This document shows, one piece after another, positions 46,294 through 61,119 of a DNA stretch of 64,000 nt (position 1 is the first letter of the stretch; each line of letters opens with the position of its first letter). Below the pieces are notes generated by a model that saw only the letters and a program-made list of their open reading frames with translations, was not told where the DNA came from and searched no databases. The stretch lies in NCBI GenBank assembly GCA_964016885.1, contig OZ024744.1, forward strand, positions 111,538,001-111,602,000. The letters run 5' to 3'. The stretch comes from Eledone cirrhosa. Lineage: Eukaryota. The position numbers were made by a program, and so were the translations under genes.

Positions 46294-46916
46294 GTTCAGT
46301 ATTGGTTTAAAATCCTATGGCTGAAGAGTGCTCGACTTTAAAAGGGCTGGAAGGTGCCAATCTCATAAAGATGTAGAATATGCTGCGATCATTCCCTTGG
46401 GAGCTGTATAAGTATTGAAATTTCCGTTGAAAACAGAAAAGGTCATAGAAGTGAAGAGTGCTCTATGTAAGTATCAGAGCAAAATTTATTGTATAAAAAT
46501 CAATACAATATAATTACCTCATTACCAGAGGTTTCCCGAATGAGGCGAATACGAAAGAAACGTCTTCATTCGTTCGTCAGACGAGGCAATATAAAACATG
46601 AGTAAATACTTGGAAAGTCTCATCAAGAAAAGCAACAAAACAAAAAAACAAAAAAGATATAGACAAATGAATTAGAATATGAAATATATAATAATGTTTC
46701 AAGAAATATAGTTAGGTGTGTGTATATGTATGTATATACGCTCACAGATGTGCATATATGTGTATGCACATATGTATACGTATAGTGAAAAAGTGTGCGT
46801 AAATATATAATTTAGGGCAAATGTATCTGTATGTCTGTAATCTACAGACAGAATATGAAGGCACGCGCATAAACACACCTACACACACGTACACTTAGAT
46901 GCGGAAGTAAAAGAAT

Positions 46917-48729
46917 ATGTTCATCTCCGATAAAACTAAAAACCTATATGAAGTTAATAATAATTTACACGACCAACTATTAATAGATAATATCACCTCT
47001 AAATACCAAATAGCTAATATAAATACGTACCATAATAAAAATAAGGAAGCTAAAGAATTAGCTGTTTCTTTAAAAATAGATAATAGGACAGAAAAACTTG
47101 CTAAACGTTCTTCGTATATAACCCTTAAAGATCATAAACACGACTTGATTAATCGTCCTAGTTGTAGATTAATCAACCCTGCTAAGACTGATATTGGTCT
47201 TGCCAGCAAAAAATTTTTAAATAATATAAATACACACATTAGAAGTCTAAATTACTCCAATGGATAAATAGCTCTTCCGTAGTACATTGGTTTAATAATA
47301 TTAAAAACAAAAATAGTTCTAGATTCACCCAATTTGGTATTGTAGATTTCTACCCATCTATCACTCAGACCCTTTTAGCGAAAGCTTTAAATTTCGCTAG
47401 AGCGTTTACTAATATCTCCGATATTGAAGAGAATGTCATCTTGCACGCTAGAAACACTCTACTCTTTAATGATAATGACACTTGGGTAAAAATATCTTGC
47501 CCAGAGAACCCATTCGATGTCTCAATGGGCTCTTACGACAGTGCTGATGTTTGTGATCTGGTCGGCCTATTCCTCCTACATACACTTAAAGAAAAATTTC
47601 CTAACCATATTTTTGGGCTTTATCGCGACGATGGTCTAATACTTTCCCATACCACCATAGGCCATAACTTAGATAGATTAAGGAAAGACTTAATAAAAAC
47701 CTTCCCTAGTTTTAATCTTAAAATTACTATTGACACTAACCTTTCCAATGTAGATTTCCTAGATATAAACCTAGATTTGCCTACTGCTTCTTATAAACCA
47801 TACCATAAACCTAATGAAAACTTCAAATATATAAATAAAGGCTCTTGCCATCCACCTATAGTTTTTAAAAACCTTATCCCTAATATTAGCCGTAGGATCT
47901 CCACCCTCTCTTCCTCAGAAGCTATTTTTAATAAGGCATCCCCCTACTATAATAAAGCCCTCCAAAATAGCGGTTTTAGCGAACCGATTAAATACATACC
48001 CAACTATACTAACTCTATTAAACATAAAAACAGGAAAAGAAAATAATCTGGTTCCCCCCCCCCCCCCCCCACTCTCTAGCAGTTAAAACTAATGTAGGCA
48101 AAAAATTCCTAGAGCTCCTAGATAAACATTTCCCTAGAACACATAGATACTATAAGATCTTTAACAGAAACTGTGTCAAAATTAGCTATTCCTGCGGTCC
48201 CCCTATTAAGTCCTATATCATCAACAAAATATCACCTAGAGAAAATCAAACTTGCTCCTGTAGAATAAAAAGTGAATGCCCATTACAAGGTAAATGCAAC
48301 ACCAAAGCCATTGTATATGCGGCTAAAGTGACAACCATCAGCAACAACCATCCAGCCACCAGTAAACGATATGTGGGTATGACGCAAGACAAATTCAAAA
48401 CGCGTTATTACTCACATGTCGCATCCTTTCGACATCCAGAAAAAAGATTTACAACAGCTCTGGCTAGCATAATTTGGGATTTGAAAGACCAAGGCATCCA
48501 ATATAAATTAGATTGGTCAATTTTGAACCAATCTAAAGAATATGCTAGAGGAACAAGAAAATGCACGCTCTGCATAAATGAAAAATATTGGATATTGCAA
48601 AATCAAAAATCACCAAAGACCTGCCTGAACACAAAGACGGAAATGTTCACCAGTTGCCCACACATGAAATCACACCTGCTTTCCAGCTCATATAAACTTA
48701 ACACACTTTCAGATACTTATCCTCCATAA
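46917..48729 (+). pseudogene. Inverted partial duplicate of the family L ORF
   Basis: ORFs 46917..47267, 47441..48046 and 48328..48729 are nearly identical to the - strand copy. Confidence 0.9.
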
Positions 48730-49187
48730 ACTCTTATTATTCTCTTTATAATTACCCTTTCTGATTTACTTTCATTTTTATCCTTATCATTAATTTCATT
48801 TATTTTTATTTTAATTTTTATTTTTATTTATATATTATTATTTTATTATTTTATTATTTTTTTATTTTTACTTCACATCCACCAATAACCCCCCCCCCCT
48901 CATTCTCCGATTCACTTACCTAATATCTTCACTTTCCCATTTTTTACTTCCCTATTTCCTTCACTAACTGATTATATAGGTCATTTGCGTTTTCCACTCC
49001 AGATATATTTTTTATCTTTATTTTTATTTTTTATTTTTGCGCAGCCAATCTTACAATTTTATAATTTTATATTTGTACTTACTTATCCACAGGTTTTTTA
49101 CACCCTGTATCAATGTGGCTGAACGCCTTAATGTGTGTATACTTTCTATATATGTACATAAGCGACTACGTATGTGCGCGCGCGTGC

Positions 49188-49268
<81 letters not shown>

Positions 49269-49964
49269 TATGTGTATGTGTCTTTATATCCGTGTTTTTT
49301 ACATCTAGGTTTTATGTTTTGTTCCTTTTTTCTTCTCCCCCTTTTTTTACTTACTCATTTTTATGCGTGTGCATGCAAACAGGTCAATATGCGTGAGTGT
49401 AAGTATGTGTGTGCGTGTGTGTGTGCGTATCGAACGTATGGATATTACACTCGTCAGACGAGGCAATATAAAACATGGGTAAATACTTGGAAAGTCTCAT
49501 CAAGAAAAGCAAAAAAACAAAAAAAAACAAAAAAGATATAGACAAATGAATTAGAATATGAAATATATAATAATCTTTCAAGAAATATAGTGAGGTGTGT
49601 GTATATGTATGTATATGCGCTCACAGATGTGCATATATGTGTATGCACATATGTATACGTATAGTGAAAAAGTGTGCGTAAATATATAATTTAGGGCAAA
49701 TGTATCTGTATGTCTGTAATCTACAGACAGAATAGATACATCATAAGAATATGAAGGCGCGCGCATAAACACACCTACACACACGTACACTTAGATGCGG
49801 AAGTAAAAGAGGTAAGGGAGTGTAATAATTAAAGGAAAGTATCAATCTCGATATATTTATAAAAATGGAACAATAATTTAGAAAGAAAAAATTAAAGAAA
49901 ACAAACAAGGTACATACATACACACACACGTATATCTCACAAAAGAAACGGAAAAATATACATG

Positions 49965-50083
<119 letters not shown>

Positions 50084-50084
50084 G

Positions 50085-50120
<36 letters not shown>

Positions 50121-50235
50121 TATATATGTGTGTATATATATATGTATATAACTTTGAATAACTTTGAAATGTTTTGGCCAGTATTGGCCCAGGCCATGTC
50201 TAACTTAATAGCACCACCTGGCGAAGTCTTTCAAT

Positions 50236-53218
50236 TCAGGATTTGGGCACCATGGCCCATTCGAGAAGAGAATTACTGTTTGCGGAGACATATCCGGGTG
50301 TGGGTGGTTTGTCCGGGATTACTTGGAGGAATTTGTCCAAAGACTTCTTGAATTTTGTGTGGTCAGTTTCTGTTTTGACGTGTCCTGGTGTGATGTTGAA
50401 GAGAGCAGGGCCGATTGAGGTGAAATAATTGTGCCGTATTGTTGTTATGAGTTGCGATTTAGATTTTTGAATGGGACGGATAGCACGGGGCCCAAGCCTT
50501 GGGTGTATCTTGAAGGCGATGCCAACATCATTTGGGCAGTGATGATGGAACATTTTCCACACCATGCAGATAATATAACGCTCACGGCGACGTTGGAGTG
50601 AGTAAAGTTTCAGGTTTTCTAGTCGACCCCAGTAGTCAAGGTCTGACATGCCATCTATCTTTTTCGTGATTGCCCTTTGAGCAGCTTCAAGTTTCATGAT
50701 ACTTTGTTTCGTGTGGGGCGACCACAGTGGACAACAGTATTCAAGGTGTGGTCGGGCAAAAGTAGAGAAGAGAAGGATAATGGTGTGGGAATCTCTCGAC
50801 TGGAAGGTTCTGAGGATCCAGGAACACATTCTGCGGGCCATGTCAACTTTGCTGCTTATATGCGTGGCCCAGCTTATGTTGCTGTCCACGGTTACTCCCA
50901 AGTCTCTGATGTTGTTAGATGCCACGAGAGTTTCCCCGGAGGGAAGGGAGTACGGGAGTTTCAGAGCATCCTCTTTTCCAAAGTGGATCAGTTCGAATTT
51001 GTCTTCGTTCAGTAACATGTTGTTCTTTTCCGCCCATTGGGTAACAGCCAGTAGGTCTGACTGAAGGCTTATCCGGTCATCCACGCCATTGATGACCTTT
51101 TGGAGCTTGGAATCATCAGCGAAAATTTTAATGTTGCTGTGTTTGATGATGTCAGTGATGTCATTAATATAGATGATGAAGAGAAGTGGGCCCAACACAG
51201 TGCCTTGTGGGACCCCACTACTGACTTTGGCTGGGCTGGATTTGACTCCTTCAACTACAACATGTTGGGTTCTGTTTGACAGGAAACTCTTGATCCACTG
51301 CAGCAGCTTTCCAGTGACACCAATATTGGACAGTTTTCTCAGTAGAATTTTATGATCAACCCTGTCAAAGGCCTTGCTGAAATCAAGGTAGATAACATCA
51401 GTGTTGGAACCCTCTCCCAAGGCTCTCAAAATGTCATCAAAGTGATGCAGTAGCTGCGTCAGGCAATCCCTTCCATTACGGAATCCATGCTGGTTGGAGT
51501 TCAGCATATTGTTACTCTCAAGGAAGTGGGTCATTCGCGATCTCACCACTCTCTCAAATACCTTAATGATATGAGAGGTGAGTGAGATTGGACGGTAATT
51601 CACGGCAAGGGATTTGTTTCCTTTGTTGAAGGTTTTCTGGCACATATCCAGCATCCAGTGAGTTCCGCCACAGATTGGCAAGAAGAGATGCAAGTTGGTG
51701 TTGACACGCCTTCAAGACACAAGCAGGGAACCTATCGGGACCTACTGCTGAATTATGCTTGATTTCCTTTATTGCCGCTAAGACATCAGGGGGCGCCAAA
51801 CGTTATGTCCGATAAGGTGTAATGGGGAGTAACATCGCCGATACAGCCCAGATCGGCCATATCAGGATTGCTGAAAACAGAGCAGTATTGTTTCTGCAGT
51901 ATCTCACCCATGGTTTTAGCATTGTCTTGAAGAGTGCCATTTTCATCAATTAGAGGGCCAACAGTAGAGCCAGTGATTTTGTGTTTTTTTGCAAATGAAA
52001 AGAACACTTTGGGATTGAGTTTGATCTTCTCAATGGCCCAGGCCTCTTCAGCTCTTCTCTGATTGTTGATGAGAGACATTATGTTGTTTTGGAGGTTATG
52101 TTTTTTAATCTCTAGTGATGAAATGGCAGTCAAGTTGATGTGTTGCTGCTGACAGTATTTCAGCTTGTTGATTTTTTTGTTCGTTCTCTTAATTTTTCTG
52201 ATGAGCGTTTTTCTATTTCTAGGGATTCTGCTCTTAGATTTGTTTATAGTTCTTAATGGGGGGTGTTTTGCACATATGTTTGTAACAGTGTCCACAAATG
52301 TCTGCCAGGACTTTTTGATGTTAGTGGGTGTATGAGTGTGCATGAAGGACCAGTCGACATGTGCAAGATCATGACTGATCGCTTCCCAGTTTGCATTGTG
52401 GAAATCCATAGCGTCAAACGGATGGACAGGAGAGATGACATTGGGTTTGTATATTGGACGGTGGAATCTCAGATCACAGAGAACCATGTCATGATCAGAG
52501 AGTAGAGTTTTCTCCACTGCAATATTGTGGATTGCTGAAAATTAAGTCTAGGACGTTTTTGTAGCACCTCGTTGGTTCGAGCACCAGTTGGGATAGGAAG
52601 AAATCATCCATGAAGTCAAGAAGCGATTCCACTGCTTCCCTGTCAGAGGTTGAGGCAGAAGAACCTGGTGGCAGGCTGTTTGTGGACCAGTCAACTCCGG
52701 GGAGGTTGAAGTCCCCTATCATTAAGATGTTGTCAGGGTGACACTCTTGGATGAAACACTTTATGCTGTTGAGGCATTCCTTGAAGCATGGTACAGGCGT
52801 TTGGGGTGGCCTATAGAGCCCAACTACTATTAGGTTGTTGGTTTGACTGAATACAGTGACTGCTTCGCAGTATCCATTAATGAATATGTTCATAGCCTCT
52901 GTTGAGAAAGAATTATGGACATAAATGGCAGTCCCGCCCTTTCTTCTGCCAGCGCGATCAGCACGGATGGCTTTGAAATTTTTCACTTTCACCTCGGCTT
53001 CATAAGTGGAGGTTACTGAGATGGGTTTCAGTGAGGACGAAGAAAGGGATGTGGTTTGGATGGACATCAATCCAGTCCTCCAGGAATTTGATCTTCCATT
53101 TTTGAGTATTGGTGGAAGGGCTGATGCCTTGGGCGTTAAGCAAAAATGTTAAGGCGAGAGTGGATGGTTTTAATTGTTTTGGTGTGTTGTTAATTTGTTT
53201 GTTTGTTAATGGCAGCAA
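50236..53218 (-). pseudogene. CR1-type ORF2 (APE plus RT), at least three frameshifts and a short deletion
   Basis: LTETHL, GGTAIYV, YRPP, GDFNLP, LDLIF, SDHDMV, NYRPISLTS, YLDFSKAFD, SGVPQG, FADD, RPHLEYC..W.P. Confidence 0.92.
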
Positions 53219-53830
53219 TGGGAGTTTGTGCAGTGGGGTGATAGTGGAGGGTGGTGCTGGGTGATAGCTCGAATGTTTTTTTCCAGTTCTTTTGCCAGAT
53301 TCATTATGGCTAAAAAAGAGGAAGAAGTTTCCTGTTTAGAAGACTGTTGGTGACTGTGGTAGTGGTTATTTTTATGTAGGTTATGGTTTTTGTTTTTGCC
53401 TTTATTTTTAATTTTATTTTTATTTGTCCGACGGGTCCCCGGGAGATGGGTAAAGGGACAATCCCGGTCTAAACACAATCTGTCTCGCAGGGAAAAGCGG
53501 CAGATTTGTGGATTCCTTGTTTGAGTTATTGGTGGTTGTGTTGGTGTTAAATTAGAGTATGTATTATGGTGGTGGCTGTTTGTGGGGATAGACCGTTTTG
53601 TCCTAGGTAAATGGGTGAATTTGCAGCCACTATCCGTACATATTCTATAGCGTAGAGAGTAGCGGCAAATGATGGGGTTTCGAGTGGGTGGGTATGTGGG
53701 TGTGTGTGTTGTGAGAGGTGTAGATGATGGTTTGAGTAGGATTTGACGACCTTTGTGGACTGTGGGAGGGAGAGTTCTTGTAACGGTATTAGAAGGTAAA
53801 TTCCTTGAGATAGCAGGAGGCAAAAATGTT

Positions 53831-53864
<34 letters not shown>

Positions 53865-54429
53865 GCAGAGAAGAAGATGTTGGCAGTGGTGATGATTGGA
53901 CTGCTGGGCCAGAGAAAGGATGTGGCGTTTCCTGCTGTGAGACAGAGGCTACTGGGAGGTCAATAGTTTCATTTAGTAGATCGGCCATTGTTGATGAATC
54001 AAGGAGTGGTTCACACTGTTGTTGTTGTTGTCGTTGTTGTTGTTGCTGTTGTTGATGTTGTTGTTGCTGTTGTTGTTGTAGCTGTTGTTGTTGTTGCCGT
54101 TGTAGCTGCTGTTGTTGTTGTTGCTGCTGCTGGACAGCATCCGAAGAAAAAACACACCGTAGTTTATCCAAATGTTTATTGATTAATTTAAAAGCAATTT
54201 CGATTTGCTTTAATTTATTTTGAATCTGTTGTTCAGATCGGGTTTTCAAAAGTTGAACTGTACGTTTAGCAATGTCGTTCAGACATGAAGCATCTATGTC
54301 TTCTGTTTGGGTAAGGCAATGCCATGTGTTTATTAGAATGTCGATTTCATTATCAGACAAGTTCTGTTTGGATTTTTGCTGGTTAGCCATTCTAGTTTTG
54401 AGTGTGTGTGTTTTAGTTAAGTATTTCAA
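53206..54429 (-). CDS. LINE ORF1 protein with polyQ, polyT and two CCCH zinc fingers
   Basis: 407-aa ORF; CRYSLRYRICTDSGCKFTH and CRFSLRDRLCLDRDCPFTH; directly upstream of ORF2. Confidence 0.8.
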
Positions 54430-54513
54430 TATATATATATTTTTTTTTAAAAATTTATTTTTGTTTTTTGTTTTTCTTGTGTGTGAGTGAGAAGAGTATA
54501 TATATAAATATGA

Positions 54514-54591
<78 letters not shown>

Positions 54592-54695
54592 TCTGGTTAT
54601 TTGAAATTAATTAAATTAATGAAAAGACGAAAGTATATAATAATTTGTAGTTAAAGGAAAATGTACTCACAAGTTGGTAAACACGTGGTTTCAAA

Positions 54696-55646
54696 TCTAT
54701 ATATATAAAACTGTGGTTGTCTGTCTGTCTATCGATTTTTGGCACACATCTCCTCTTAGAATCTCTCACGGAATTGCACCGAAATTGCTATACTTGTACA
54801 TTGAGCCCTAGCGAAGACATCGGAAAAAAAATATTTCAAATTGACCCACCCTATGTGTCGAAATCGAATATAATGTATCGATTTTTGAACGTAAGTTATC
54901 AGTTATTTCCCTTTGTTCTGTTTACATTGAGCGTCTTACGTAAAAAATTACGCTGGCTTTAACAGTTGTCGAGCCAACAAAATATTGACCTGCAAAATTC
55001 ATCAGTTCGAACACTAAGCTTCCGTTTTGCTTCATTTCCATTTAAAAGCATTTTAAAACAATATTTTTACTTGAAAACAAGTCTATTTAAAGACTACGTA
55101 AAACAAGCAAATATTTCGTCGTTAGGCGTGCAGACAGACAGTCGTGCAGACAGACAGTCGTGCAGAGAGGTGATATAGGCGTGCAGACAGACAGTCGTGC
55201 AGAGAGGTGATATAGGCGTGCAGACAGACAGTCGTGCAGAGAGGTGATATAGGCGTGCAGACAGACAGTCGTGCAGAGTAGTGATATAGGCGTGCAGACA
55301 GACAGTCGTGCAGAGAGGTGATATAGGCGTGCAGACAGACATAACTGATAATTTGGTTACGCTAATGTTTTTCTCTGCGTTGCAGTGTTTACATTTTCGA
55401 TCTTTGTTAATAAATAACCAGTGCAGTTTCTATCCCCAGCATCCTCTTTTGTTATAACATTCGGGTTATCGTTATGTTTTCTTAACTTCATAAGGCATAT
55501 TGTTGGTTGAGGGAATATTAATCAAAAACACCACATGCAAGTCTGCACAGTAGACACTACAGTTTTTAAGCCAAGAAAGAAACTTAACATTGTAACTTTA
55601 ACACAGCTACTGAGCGACCCCGAGCAACGCCGGGCTTTACTGCTAG
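54696..55646 (+). mobile_element. Non-autonomous Helitron with internal 37-bp minisatellite
   Basis: A|TC...CTAG|T termini, subterminal hairpin CCCG agcaacgc CGGG; near-identical copy 59972-60905. Confidence 0.9.
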
Positions 55647-55774
55647 TATATAATAATATAGATGTATGTAAATGTATTAACCGGTCAATTTTTGTTTGTT
55701 TGGTTTTGTTTTGTGGTTTTGTTTTGTGGGTGTGTGACTTGCTGCTTACTCGGGGAGAGAAGTATATATGTATG

Positions 55775-55963
<189 letters not shown>

Positions 55964-55974
55964 ATAGTAATAAT

Positions 55975-56745
55975 AAAATTGAAGAGTAAAATCCAAAGAG
56001 GGCTCGATGAGCGGTGAAAAACAATTACGCGCAAAGACAGAACCACGTTCATGGTATAAAAGAGGTCGTAGACTAATGTTCTCTTGCATAGAGACGTTCT
56101 CTGGCAATGAACGAAAAAACGAAGATAATAAGTCATATGTGGAGCGTGGAGAACAATAGCACGCAAAGACAAAACCACGCAAATAGTATAGCAGAAGTCG
56201 TAGACTAAAATTCTAACTAGGAGACCAAATGAATCTCCGCTACAGAGTTAAGAACAAAGTAAATAAATACAATACAGAAGTAATAGAAACAAATAAATAC
56301 ATACACGCAAACAGATACGTACATACACAAGCATACGCAAAACCTTACCTTAGGTATACAAAACCACGCACATATAAATATGTGTGTGTGTGTATGCTTG
56401 TGTATCTTCGTTTTTTCGTTCATTGCCAGAGAACGTCTCTATGCACCACCTAAGAGAACATTAGTCTACGACCTCTTTTATACCATAAACGTGGTTCTGT
56501 CTTTAGGCGTACTTGTTTTTCTCCGCTCCTATTAATGACGTATTATTCGTTTTTCCCCGTTCTTTGCCAGCGAACGTTACCACGAACCAAAGTATCGTCT
56601 TCCTGTCTTCCTCCGGTTGCAACGTTTTTTGAAATATCCAGTTCTGCGTTTACAGATTGACTTTGATAGTTTCAGAAGATCCCCGTTAAGGGTGAAAGCA
56701 GCGATTCTTTGCTTAAACTTTAATCTGTTATTTTAATAAATATAT
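55975..56745. mobile_element. Family A pLTR in inverted-plus-direct arrangement
   Basis: 56010-56403 inverts 1285-1690; 56403-56745 repeats 1563-1900. Confidence 0.85.
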
Positions 56746-56751
56746 ATATAT

Positions 56752-58910
56752 AAATAATTTCAGGCCCATAACTCTGCTAAATACAGAGTTACAGATTTTG
56801 GCCAAGGTGCTAGCAAAGAGGTTGGCGCTTGTCGTAGGCAACCTGGTGGGAGAGGCGCAGACATGTGCTATCCCGTCCAGGTCCATCCACGATAACCTCC
56901 ACCTCATGCGATACATCATAGAGAGGGTTGGGAACGAACCGGGCTTTGGTGGGGCCCTGATCAACTTGGATCAATCTAAGGCATTCGATAGGGTCGACCA
57001 TGGTTACCTGGATGCGGTGCTAGCGGCGGCAGGCTTCGGGCCCGTTTTCAGGGGCTGGATCAATGCCATGCACAGCAGCCGCATCTGCTCTAGGGTCAAG
57101 GTGAACGGCTACCTCTCGGAGCCGTTCGAAATCGCGCGGTCCATCCGACAGGGGTGCCCTCTCTCCTCCCTTCTGTATGTAATGACTCAAGAGCCACTGC
57201 TGCGGAAGTTGGAGTTGTTGCAGGGCATCCCGTTGGAACCGGGATTGCGGAAAGCGGTGTCAGCCTACGCCGATGACGTAACAGTAATGGTGTCGACGGC
57301 CTCGGAAATCGGGGCGATCGGCACCTTACTGGAGGAGTACGAAAGGTTTACAGGGGCTAAGCTGAACCGGGACAAATCGATCGGTCTGCAACTCGGCACG
57401 TGGAGGGGAAGATCGATGCCCTCCGATGGCGTCGTCGGGCGCTGGACGGAGGGCCCGGTGAAGTTGCTCGGGGTCTGGTTCGGACCAGACCTCCAGGTGG
57501 AGAAGAACTGGGGTGAGGTGACGAACAGGGTGTTTGCACTGACCCAGAAGTGGGCCGAGTGCAAACTGTCCCTGAAAGGTCGGGCGGAGGTGGCGAACAC
57601 TTATATAGCGTCCGTCATCTACTACCGCCTGACCGTTGTGCCTTGCCCAAGGGAAACGCTCGCCAAAATGGAGCGTGCACTCTTCCAATTCCTTTGGAAG
57701 AAGCGGGCTCCTATGGTGAGGAGATCCATCTGCTGTCAACACCCTTCGAAAGGAGGGCTGGGGATGCCGTGGCTAATGATACGTAAACACGCATTAAGGC
57801 TACGGCACCTTCAGGTATTCCTCTCCGGTCAACCGGTGTGGGCCCCGTTTGTGAAGCGAGCCTTTCCCAGACTCGTCTCACTCACCGAGCTGCAATCCTG
57901 GGTCAACAAAGACCGAGAAAACTGGGCGCCTGGCACACCGAGTGTGCCCAGGCGCTCACGGCTCTCTGGCAGGCGGACCCGGTTGTCAGTGGAGAATCCA
58001 CCTCGTCATTCTATAGAGGGCTGGTGGTTAGCAGGTGCGACGACGCCCTCGGAGAAGCCCTAGGCATGGAGGAAGACGAACTGGCCAACCTGTTCGGTAG
58101 GACATTCAGCCCGGGACCCATGGATAACTTCCAGAGGTCCCTGGCCTGGCAATGCTACAGAAGGGCTCTGCCCGTTCGAGAAAGGCTCTACAGACACGGG
58201 CGCCCGGGTAGGGACCCATCGAAAAAGATCTGTCCCAGATGCGTGTGCGACGAGGAAACCGTTGCACACGCATTGGTACACTGCTCGGGCATTGCCGATC
58301 TGTGGGGCTATGTCGAACAACTGCTGTCAAGGGTGGGACCGATCCGGTTGACCACCGAGTCTATTGTAACGATCAAGCCGCCTCCCCTCTTCAAAAACGA
58401 AGGAGAGGCGGTGTTTCTGTGCGTAATAGCCATGGCGAAAGAGGTTGTATGGTGGATGCGTCTGAAAGGACTGAGGTCAGACACCTTTCTCTCTGGCCAA
58501 CAACTGGTCCGTTTCTTCCGATATCATTTCGGAAGAAGGATCAGGATGGAGAGAGAGGTGCTGCACCCCAGCCGTTTCTATGAAAGATGGGTGAAAGTGG
58601 CGAGAATGGCCCGTGTGAATGGGCCTTCACTCTACATCAGACTATAGGTGAGGAAGATGAAAGACCAAGGGAGCACCCCTTCTCTGTGCTCCTGAGGAGA
58701 AGGGTTGCACACTTTTTTCGGGGGTGTGTGCGACCCCCCCAAGGCGCCTCCTCTCTATTGAGGACTTTGTTATAAATTTTATTTTTGTTATATTTTATTT
58801 TATTTTTATATATTGTTATTGCCTCCTCCTTATTGAGGACGCCTTGTTTTGTAAACTCCCCCCATTGTACTTGCCCCACTTTTGATGCCCTGGTGACAAA
58901 TAAAAGAAAC
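56752..58910 (+). mobile_element. 5'-truncated L1/Tx1-clade LINE (RT plus C-terminal CCHC), one frameshift near 57910
   Basis: NFRPITLLN, LDQSKAFDRVDH, RQGCPLS, AYADD, LSLKGR, GGLG, CPRC...ETVAHALVHC; AATAAA near 58899. Confidence 0.92.
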
Positions 58911-59391
58911 ATATATATATATATTGGGGGGGGGGGCGTGTATGTTTGTGAATGTGTCTGTTGACACCTGGAATATAGCTTAAGAGAAACTTGAAGATAA
59001 TGGCATGATAGGCACTCAATATTTGAATTGGTCTATAGAATTCTCTAAGCTTTTGTCACTCTAAGTAGAACTTTAAAGAATTAGCTTTTAAAGAATTTCC
59101 CTTTTCTTTTAATCCATCAACCATGACTGACCCCCGAAGATCTTATAGACACCTGAAATATAGGCATTGTTAGCTTAAGAGAAACTTAATAATAAGGAGT
59201 GGCACCCCATTCTGAACTTGTTCATAGAATTCTTTCTGCCTTTGTTACTCTAAATATAAATTATATCTTTGAAGAATTAGCTTTTAATGAATTCCCTTTT
59301 CTATCAACCAATGACCTCCACCCATCCCACTCCCCACCCTCTCCTACCACCTGAAGAGACCTATAAATACCATATTTATTTTTTGATACCC

Positions 59392-59442
59392 AGATTCCTG
59401 ATGATTTCTAAAGAATGAAACAGTTCTAGTCCTGTAGAATCT
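59392..59442 (+). ncRNA. Type I HHR, family J
   Basis: AGATTC-CTGATGA-tTTC taaa GAAt-GAAA-CAG ttctagtc CTG-TA-GAATCT. Confidence 0.85.
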
Positions 59443-59524
59443 CATCTATATTAAAACTTTTATACACTGTTATGTATTGAGTACCTTACTTACTGTGGTT
59501 ACCTCCGATTCAACCCGGAATAAC

Positions 59525-59624
<100 letters not shown>

Positions 59625-59971
59625 ATAAATATTTCGTATCTCCAAGGAAGCCGTAGCTATGCAAACACAGGGGGGAGCTAACGCCCTCTAGTGATGTCCA
59701 GCAAAAGCAAGAGGGACAACCGTCTATGCATTTCAGGCTTAACTGGCCTTCGACAGGACGGTCCCTCCACCGCCTGCGACTGCAGGACTAGAAGACAGGC
59801 GAGGATATATACATTCCTCGTCTGTGTAAATGAGGTGATTAATCTCATTTGCATATGAAGCTGCATAAGTTGACTCAACTTATAATAAGTGTGCCCCCCC
59901 CCCCCTCCGGTGTTTTCATAACTACGGCTTCCTAAAACCGTATTTCCTTGGAGATACGAAATATTTATACA

Positions 59972-60905
59972 TCTATATATATAAAACTGTGGTTGTCTGT
60001 CTGTCTATCGATTTTTGGCACACATCTCCTCTTAGAATCTCTCACGGAATTGCACCGAAATTGCTATACTTGTACATTGAGCCCTAGCGAAGACATCGGA
60101 AAAAAAATATTTCAAATTGACCCACCCTATGTGACGAAATCGAATATAATGTATCGATTTTTGAGCGTAAGTTATCAGTTATTTCCCTTTGTTCTGTTTA
60201 CATTGAGCGTCTTACGTAAAAAATTACGCTGGCTTTAACAGTTGTCGAGCCAGCAAAATATTGACCTGCAAAATTCATCAGTTCGAACACTAAGCTTCCG
60301 TTTTGCTTCATTTCCATTTAAAAGCATTTTAAAACAATGTTTTTACTTGAAAACAAGTCTATTTAAAGACTACGTAAAACAAGCAAATATTTCGTCGTTA
60401 GGCGTGCAGACAGACAGTCGTGCAGAGAGGTGATATAGGCGTGCAGACAGATAGTCGTGCAGAGAGGTGATATAGGCGTGCAGACAGATAGTCGTGCAGA
60501 GAGGTGATATAGGCGTGCAGACAGATAGTCGTGCAGAGAGGTGATATAGGCGTGCAGACAGACAGTCGTGCAGAGAGGTGATATAGGCGTGCAGACAGAC
60601 ATAACTGATAATTTGGTTACGCTAATGTTTTTCTCTGCGTTGCAGTGTTTACATTTTCGATCTTTGTTAATAAATAACCAGTGCAGTTTCTATCCCCAGC
60701 ATCCTCTTTTGTTATAACATTCGGGTTATCGTTATGTTTTCCTAACTTCATAAGGCATATTGTTGGTTGAGGGAATATTAATCAAAAACACCACATGCAA
60801 GTCTGCACAGTAGACACTACAGTTTTTAAGCCAAGAAAGAAACTTAACATTGTAACTTTAACACAGCTACTGAGCGACCCGAGCAACGCCGGGCTTTACT
60901 GCTAG
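59972..60905 (+). mobile_element. Non-autonomous Helitron, second copy
   Basis: A|TC...CTAG|T with no TSD; the empty site is visible in the next tandem unit (61217-61250); 37-bp repeat about 5.5 times at 60399-60600. Confidence 0.92.
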
Positions 60906-61075
60906 TATTGTATAAAGCTATGCTTGAAGCGAAATCTTATTTCTTTTTTCATTATAAGTTCAGCCAACTTATGCAGCTTCATATGCAAATGAGATTAATC
61001 ACCTCATTTACACAGACGAGAAAAGTATATATTCTCCCCTGTCTTCTAGTCCTGCAGTCACAAGCGGTGGGAGGG

Positions 61076-61119
61076 ACCGTCCTGACGAAGGCCAGTTAAG
61101 CCTGAAATGCATAGACGGT
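61076..61119 (+). ncRNA. Minimal type I HHR, family M (A6U copy at 59719-59762 -)
   Basis: ACCGTC-CTGACGA-AGGC cagttaa GCCT-GAAA-TGCA-TA-GACGGT. Confidence 0.92.

Larger units (their letters stand above)
50148..54495 (-). mobile_element. Full-length CR1-group LINE (ORF1 plus broken ORF2)
   Basis: Two-ORF layout; 3' tail (TTCAAAGTTA)2 running into (TA)n. Confidence 0.9.

Noticed and set aside
55124-55340. 37-bp repeat array as a CRISPR
   Set aside because: Contiguous tandem repeats with no unique spacers, inside a Helitron in eukaryotic DNA
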